This document shows, one piece after another, positions 57,226-64,000 of a DNA stretch of 64,000 bases; the first letter of the stretch is position 1; every line of letters starts with the position of its first letter. The notes under the pieces are model-generated. The model saw only the letters and a list, made by a program, of their open reading frames with translations, was not told the DNA's origin and searched no databases. Origin of the DNA: the human T2T-CHM13v2.0 reference genome, Homo sapiens. The position numbers and the translations under genes were made by a program. Location of the stretch: NCBI RefSeq assembly GCF_009914755.1, contig NC_060944.1. One strand, written 5' to 3'.

Positions 57226-57375
57226 CCGGTCCACCACAGCCTTCAGCAGCGACACTCGCAGCCTCCGACCTCTCAGACCGAGTGAGACTTGAAAAGCCGT
57301 TGGGCGCGCGCCTGCACGGCGGTTGCTGCCCGGCTCCTGGAAGCCGCTCCCTGGAGGCGCGCGCCGGCAGGTGGG

Positions 57376-58790
57376 GCTGCAGCTCTGGGCGGGCGCAAAT
57401 GGGCTCGCAGGTCCTCTTGGGATCGCCCGGGCGGCCCCAGGATCTCAGGAGCGCCGCCAGCCCGGCCTGAGAAGGAGAGCCTGTCTGGCCTTGCAGCCCG
57501 CCCCGCTCCTCCTCGGAAGGGAGATAGGGTGCTGGCAAGAGCACTCCGCGGCCACCTGGGTGGCTTCGCGGATGGCCCGGCTTCACGCTGAGGCTCTGGC
57601 CCTGGAGTCTGTGTGGCTAGTATCAGGTAGCTGGAGAAGCATGGAGGCAGAGTCAGGGGCTGCTCCTTCCCCCACTCGCCCTCACTGCTGCCAGTGCCCC
57701 ACGCACAGTTTGCAGCTGCAGATCTGGCACTGGCGCTGGATGGCGGAGCTTCCCTTAGATGGCCTCAGGGTCGCAGAGCGCACAGCCCACCTGGGCTCAA
57801 GGTCCGCTCCTCTTGTACATCTCTCTGGATCCTGGGCCCTGGCACTGGGCACTCTGTATCCACACGGATGAAACTGAGCGGCTGCTGGCGGGGCCCGTCG
57901 CCTGATTTTGCCGCCTGGGGGTCTGGCCTCAGTATCCGCGCTACTGGGGGGCGGGCCTGGTCTGGGGTGTCCAGTCACTTGCTGCCGGTGCACCACATCT
58001 AGACTGCAGCTGCAGCTCCGATGCCGGCCTGAGCTGGCGGGCCTGGTACCTGATGTCCTCAGGGTCAAGTGCATCGCCCGCCCACTTGAGGGGTTGCAAT
58101 GACTTGGCCTTCCAAGAACGCAGGGGCCGCCGGGGCTGGCTCTTCATGGTAACCGGGATGGTATCGAGCAGCAGGTTTTCACCCTGGTGCCGCTGCTGTG
58201 CGGACTGCCTGACTTGGGCGCCCAGGCACCGGCCTCAGGATCCGCGTGGCAGGTGTGTGTGCGGGTAGGGTGAGTGGCACGGAGGGTCAGGGGTTGCTCC
58301 GTCATCTCTGCCCGTGTGCAACTTGCAGTTTTGCAGTTTTCTGCAGCAGCTGAGGCGCTGGCGTGGGAAGGCGGAGCTCCCCTGGATGGCGTCAGGTCAG
58401 GTTTGCAGGCACAGAGCACAGCCCACCAGGCCTGAGGGTCCTCTCAGGGGCCATGGTGGTTGAGTTCTCCGTGGAAACTGGGATGGGGTGAACGGCCAGT
58501 TCCCGTCCTTTGGCCGCCTGGCCAACTGCCAGACTTAGCCGCTGCCGCCCAGGCATCTGCCTCTAGGGTTGCCGCTATTTGGATAGAAGTGGGGGTCGGG
58601 GTGGGGCATGGAGCGTCACCGGTTGCCAGGCCAGCACTGCCTTTGCAACATATTCAGATGGCGGCGGGCAGCTCGGGCACCAGCATGGGCTGGCGGGGCT
58701 CCCCTGGACAGCCCTCAGGTCGCTCACAGCATTGTCCCAGGACTTCCTCCGGCTGTGTCAGGTGGGCAAGGTAGGGGGGAGCTTCCAAGG
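57376..58790. repeat. Degenerate ~320-bp tandem repeat, five cores
   Basis: Core gcagctc..g...tggcggagct(t)cccctggatggcctcagg recurs with its gatggc-equivalent at 57421, 57758, 58052, 58385, 58707. Confidence 0.72.
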
Positions 58791-59099
58791 CTTCTATCCC
58801 AACTCTACCTATTTCTAGCTATTTTCTCTTGAGTTATTTTGCCTCTATCTCAGTTTTATTTGCAAAAATAGTATATGCAAAATACATCGAGTGAATGTAC
58901 ATCAGGCATATAGAAGATCTGGCAGAAACACTTTTTCTCATGCCCATTTCCAGTCACTATTTGAACACAGAGGCTTCCATGGTTTTGATTCTTTCCACAA
59001 AAGGTTAGTTTTGTCTGTTTTCACCATTTACGTAAGTGAAACTATAAATTATATAATTTTTATGTTCATTCACTAAACATGTTTGTGACACTTATCATG

Positions 59100-59510
59100 T
59101 TGCTCCTATTGATTATTCATTAATTTTATTTTATAATACTCAATTTTATGACTATACCACAGGTTTGAGGCCTTTGCTTGTTTTGTTTTTAATCCATTCC
59201 ACTATTGATAGACACAAAATCAGTTTCTGATTTGAGGCTATCATGAATAAACCTGCTACGAACAAATCAGATATACACGTTTTTCTGTAATAATATTTTC
59301 ACATTTCTTGAGTTTAAGTACATAACAGTGGATTTTCTGGGTTATAAAATAAGTATATATTTGGCATTGTATGAAATGGGGAGACATTTTCCTAAGTGGT
59401 TGTGCCATCTTAAACTACAATGAAAATGTTTGAGAGAATCAGTTCCACTTTCTAACCAACACTTGATGCTGTCAGTTGTTTTAGTGTTATCCATTCTTAT
59501 GGGATATAAC
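59100..59510 (-). mobile_element. Old L1M fragment
   Basis: ccattccactattgatagac, ggctatcatgaataaacctgct, aagtggttgtgccatctta. Confidence 0.55.
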
Positions 59511-59820
59511 TGCTGAGTAGCTGTCTGCCTTCCCAATAACACAGAAAATTGAGGGCTCAGAGGACAGTTTTATTTTCATATTTGACATCTTCTATTATTT
59601 TTTATAGAAGGGTGATTTGGGTAGTAAAATTGTCTTTCAACTTTCTAGGTTGTCTCTGAATCTTACTGGGGTTCCTTGTCCTAAACCACATTCAGAAATT
59701 TTCATGACCAACTTCTTTTTATCTTTGTCATACCAGGCCAATGAGGGACTGCATTCCTGAGACTTTTTAAGTACTTTTTGTGTGTATGATGGTCTAATAA
59801 TCATAGCCTTAAAACTTTCT

Positions 59821-60148
59821 GGCTGGGCATGGTGGCTCATGGCTGTAATCCCAGCACTTCGAGAGGCCGAGGCGGGTGGATGACCTGAGGTCGGGAGTTC
59901 GAGACCAGCCTGACCAACATGGAGAAACCCCAACTCTACTAAAAATAAAAATAAAAAATAGCTGGGCATGATGGCACATGCCTGTAATCCCAGCTACTTG
60001 GGAGGCAGGAGCTACTTGGGCTGAGGCAGGAGAATCGCTTGAACCCACGAAGTGGGGGTTGTAATCAGCCGAGATCACACCATTGCACTCCAGCCTGGGC
60101 AACAACAGTGAAATTCCGTCTCAAAAAAAAAAAAAAAAAAAAAAAAAA
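59821..60148 (+). mobile_element. Alu (Sp-like) with short internal duplication
   Basis: accaacatggagaaacccc; agctacttggg duplicated near 59992-60020. Confidence 0.9.
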
Positions 60149-60207
60149 GAATCTCAGACTTCTGGGAGACACTGAATTTGTGAATGTGTACAGCATGTCA
60201 CAATAAC

Positions 60208-60458
60208 TTTTTTTTTTTTTTTTGAGACCAAGTCTCACTCTGCTGTCCAAGCTGGAGTGCAGTGGCCCATCTCAGCTCACTGCAACTTCTGTCTCCTAGA
60301 TACAAGCCACTCTCCTGTCTTGGCCTCCCGAGTAGCTGGGATTACAGGTGCTGCAACCACGCCTGGCTAATTTTTGTATTTTTAGTAGAGACAGAGTTTC
60401 ACATATTGGCCAGGCTGGTCTCGAACTCTTCACCTCAGATGATCCACCTGCCTCAGCC
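60208..60458 (-). mobile_element. Alu (S-type), 5'-truncated
   Basis: poly(T) then gagaccaagtctcactc...gatccacctgcctcagcc. Confidence 0.88.
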
Positions 60459-60584
60459 AATGGGTGGATTGTTAACTCAAAATGCGCACCGTTGAATACT
60501 GAGGAAAATGTATAGCCATCAACACCAACAGCTGAGATGAGAGTTGAGATACCAGAAATGCCCCAGCATGTAACTCCTCTTTTA

Positions 60585-60587
<3 letters not shown>

Positions 60588-60624
<37 letters not shown>

Positions 60625-60628
60625 ACAC
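60588..60628. repeat. (CA)n microsatellite
   Basis: About 17 pure CA units. Confidence 0.95.
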
Positions 60629-61290
60629 TCATGGTAACCAGTTCAGGATGGACACAGAAACAGTCACAGTCTTTTTTGGGAACACACTCCCCTGTGACAC
60701 TTAGATCCTAATGCTGACTCCAATTCCCTCCCGGGACCTCCCCTCTCCTTGCAGCATGCTGGGCTTTCCCTTAGAAAACCCCATGTCATTTCATTCAATG
60801 GAACATCAATCAGCTTCACCCACAGTGTCTGCATGTCTCTGTCCATAGCAAATGTTTTTATTACTTTAAAATATAGATTTTTACCTTAACTAGCCAAGAC
60901 TTAGGACCCTTTTTCCAAGCTCTTTTAGATGAAGTAATAAATGCAAATATTAGAGATGTGTATATGTGTATAAATATATGGAGAAAAGATGTTGCCTAGT
61001 TGTACAAATTAGCTTTAACAAAACTCCTGATTTAAATTATTTAATTGTGAGAAGGGCGATTCTAACTCAACACACCAATGAAATTAAAGCCTTATCCCTC
61101 TGCTCCGCCAAAATATACCATTTATAGCCTGCGTGTGTGTGTACACACACGTGTGCACTCATCCCCATCTGACCGTATCAAATTATTATTTAAACTAGAT
61201 ATTTTTACTTTGTTGCATAGTAGTAGTGGTTTCTGGAATGAAAAAAAAAAACAAAAACAGGAGAATAAAACTGTTTAAATGTATCTCCAG

Positions 61291-62612
61291 GTGAACGCTG
61301 TGGCCACTGCACCGACCCAGCCGATGATGGCGCCCAGTACCTGCGTCTCAGGAAGAGGTTCTGGCGGGGCCTCCACCTGAGGCCGCGCCCCTGGGACCTG
61401 TCCCGCATCCACGTGAACGCGGAGCGCAGCATTCACCATCCGCTCCCTGAAACAGCGGTCCCCGAGGTGCTCCACAGGCAGGGCCGAGCTGGGCGAGGGG
61501 GAGCCCAGGCCCTGCACGGGCCGCCCTGAGCGGCGGGGACGCAAGAAGAGCTCGCCGGCTCCACCAGCCCCTACCCCAGACGCGGGACCTGGGACCAGAG
61601 AGGACCTGGAGCCCCCGCCCCACGGCTGCCAGGAGGCTGACAGGGGCAGCTCCTGGGGGGCTACCGCCCCGAGGCCGTTCCGCCAGAAATTGAGCCACTT
61701 GGGAAGGGGCAGCGCCCCACCCCTGAAGAGGAACCTGTGTCCTGGAGGCAGCAGCCTGGGAGCTACTCCTCTGAGGACAGGGCGGAGGCGAGTGACTCTG
61801 GTGGCGCAGCGCAGGCTTTCCCGTCCGTGGAGGAGGAGAGCTGCGGGGCTGGGTGAGCTGGACCAGGGAGCACGGCTGGCTGCTCTCGGCCTCCGATGGG
61901 GAGTGGACAGCTTAGGAGGTTGCCCCCGTGCCAGCCGGTCTGCTGGCCACGCTGAGCTTCATCACCGCCTCACCTGCCTGCGCAGGCGCCTAGCACCGCA
62001 GGCTGGAGCTTCTGGCCATGCTGGTCAACTTCCCCAATGAGCCTCCGCTTGCCTGGGAACAGCAAGGCCAGGGCTACACCGCCCTGAACTTGGCAGCCAT
62101 GTACCTTGGAGATGGTGAAGCTGCTAGTGGGGACCTAGGACGCCGATGTGGACATCAGGGACTACATTGGGAAAAGGGCCTCCCAGTATGTGAGTCAGAG
62201 CATCACAGAAGAGATCGAGACCCTGGTGGGAGTCCTGGACAAGGACGACGGGGAGAGCACCGCCAGCAGCGGGGATGGGTACTGGAAGATTTAAAAGGTG
62301 CCCCCTCCATTTCATCACCTACAAACTCTCACAAGTCCTGGAAGATCGGGGGACCCTCTTCACCATCACCACTTGGCTGAAGGTGGTTCAGAGGTGAAGC
62401 CAAGGATTCCAGGGCACACAGCCTCGGGCAGGACTAATGGACTTAAAAAACACAGGCTCAACAAAATCCACTTCACAACCCAGATGGTTCACATCACACC
62501 CTCTTTCAGGGACCCAGAGCAGCCACTGGAAGAGAAGGAGTAGGAACGCTCTCTTAAAGGCCACTTATCCTATTCCTTCAAATTAAGACCAAAGTCCAAT
62601 GTATTTAGGTAA
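61291..62612 (+). pseudogene. SOWAHC: SOWAHC (ANKRD57) pseudogene, 5'-truncated, multiple frameshifts and stops
   Basis: Fragments VNAVAT, LKRNLCPGGSS, MLVNF..GYTALNLAAM, VDIRDYIGKRASQY, HHHHLAEG, RLNKIHFTTQMVHITPSFRDPEQPLE, LRPKSNVF(R)* follow the recalled SOWAHC protein colinearly; probable 3'UTR continues to about 62780. Confidence 0.88.
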
Positions 62613-62785
62613 AAATAATTTCTTTTAGAAAATGCTAAGGTTTGTCTTCTGAAATTTAATAACAGAAACAAAAAAAGAACACTAGATGTAAGGAAGTGGG
62701 ACCAGAAAAGACAAACTAAACTATCCTTACTAGGTTGGAATGGATGGGGTGGAGTTCCCATCAGGCTAGCATTCTGGGGAAAGTG

Positions 62786-62851
62786 TTTTTTTTTTTTTTT
62801 TTTTTTTTGGTGGGGGGGCACGGAGTCTCGCTCTGTCGCCCAGGCTGGAAT
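62786..62851 (-). mobile_element. Alu 3'-end fragment
   Basis: poly(T)...acggagtctcgctctgtcgcccaggctgga, ends abruptly. Confidence 0.8.
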
Positions 62852-63343
62852 GGCCTTTGACATGTCAATGTTTTATTGTAAACCGTGACAGACTATCTAC
62901 ATAGAATACTCATGATTTACAATTTGAGATTGTCAACCCAGCCAGTAACCTATGTAGCACTGAATTCAAATACCAGAAAAAGGACCCAGATTCCCTCACC
63001 ACCTAGCAGAGCTCAAGTGAGCTACACAGCCTGGTAGGAAATGGGGAGTAATTAAAAGGTTGTAAGCAGGTACTACTATAGTCAGATTAGTTTTTGACAG
63101 GTTATTCTAAAAGCACTGAGAAAAGAAAACTGTTGTAGTATTCCAGATAAGATCATATGGTCTGTAAAAGGACAGTGTCAAGGATATAGAAAAGAACAAT
63201 CAAGGAATTTCAAAGGGTAAACTGGATGTGATTATATAGTACCACATCAAATGAACATCAGGCTCAAAGAAGGCACGGGGGAGCAGGAGGCTGCTTTCCC
63301 CAGGTACTCTCTTTCCCAGGCTTGCCCAGTAGTCCTGGCAACT

Positions 63344-63346
<3 letters not shown>

Positions 63347-63394
<48 letters not shown>
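63347..63394. repeat. (AT)24 microsatellite
   Basis: Pure AT tract. Confidence 0.95.
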
Positions 63395-63396
<2 letters not shown>

Positions 63397-63690
63397 AAAC
63401 CATCATTCTGAGCAAACTATTGCAATGACAAAACCAAACACCACATGTTCTCACTCATAGGTGGAAATTGAACAACGAGAACACTTGGACACAGGATGGG
63501 GAACATCACACACCGGGGCCTGTCATGGGGTGGGGGGAGGTGGGAGGGATAGCATTAGGAGATATACCTAATGTAAATGATGAGTTAATGGGTGCAGCAC
63601 ACCAACATGACACAGGTATACATATGTAACAAACCTGCACATTGTACACATGTATGCTAGAACTTAAAGTATAATAAAAATAAAAAATAA
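63394..63690 (+). mobile_element. 5'-truncated L1PA 3' end
   Basis: ggaaaccatcattctgagcaaac...gatagcattaggagatatacct...aacttaaagtataataaaaa. Confidence 0.92.
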
Positions 63691-63727
63691 AGTCTTCCTC
63701 AAGTTTACCATCAAAAAGTGCTACACA

Positions 63728-63950
63728 TGATTTGCAAGTATTTTCTTCCATCTTGTGAGTTGTCTTTTCACTTTCTTGATGGTGTCCTCTGAAGTGCAAA
63801 AATGTTTAATTTTGATGAAGTCCAATTCATCAATTTTTATTCTTGTTGCTGGTCTCATATTTAAGAAAACTGCCAAATTCAAGGTCATGACAATTTACTC
63901 CTATGTTTGCTTCTCAGGATTTTATAGTTTTAGTCCTTATGTTTATGTGG
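63728..63950 (-). mobile_element. Old L1M fragment
   Basis: ttgtcttttcactttcttgatggtgtcc...ttttgatgaagtccaatt. Confidence 0.7.
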
Positions 63951-64000
63951 ATTAGCTCAAAATGGGTCCATTTGATCCATTGTTTTTGCATCCACAGTTT

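Noticed and set aside
57600-58800. Naming the upstream region as a FAM201-like divergent lncRNA
   Set aside because: Only a positional analogy with my recollection of ANKRD18A; cannot be verified from sequence.
61690-62543. ORFs 61690-62040, 62018-62380 and 62298-62543 as functional genes
   Set aside because: Consecutive frameshifted pieces of the SOWAHC pseudogene.

Overview
Primate (human or ape-type) genomic DNA, AT-rich and dense in Alu, L1, LTR and DNA-transposon fossils, with the make-up of a pericentromeric segmental-duplication block. Its main feature is an ANKRD20A-family gene on the minus strand (ATG at 57017, terminal stop at 14963). I traced 15 exons by splice sites and translation. 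Exons 1-10 (all ankyrin repeats) are open and in phase. Exon 11 has a frameshift and premature stop, exon 14 has a frameshift and a dead donor, and exon 15 has a frameshift and a nonsense codon, so this copy is an unprocessed pseudogene; the exact paralog cannot be assigned from sequence alone. Three further ANKRD18/ANKRD26-type coiled-coil exons lie downstream (13463-6204), and a dead ~1 kb CCDC144-like exon sits in intron 12. Upstream are a CpG island and a 5'-truncated SOWAHC pseudogene on the plus strand (61291-62612). Intron 5 holds a diverged full-length U6 snRNA copy. The least explained signals are (i) five degenerate ~320-bp repeats in the CpG island that share a translatable motif, (ii) a probable U6-chimeric retrogene whose partner RNA I do not recognise, and (iii) an L1-supplied poly(A) signal that may explain the ANKRD20A C-terminal truncation. 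No prokaryotic-type system (CRISPR, operon, rRNA, tRNA) is present. Family and subfamily names come from recalled reference sequences, not from a search; repeat boundaries are approximate.
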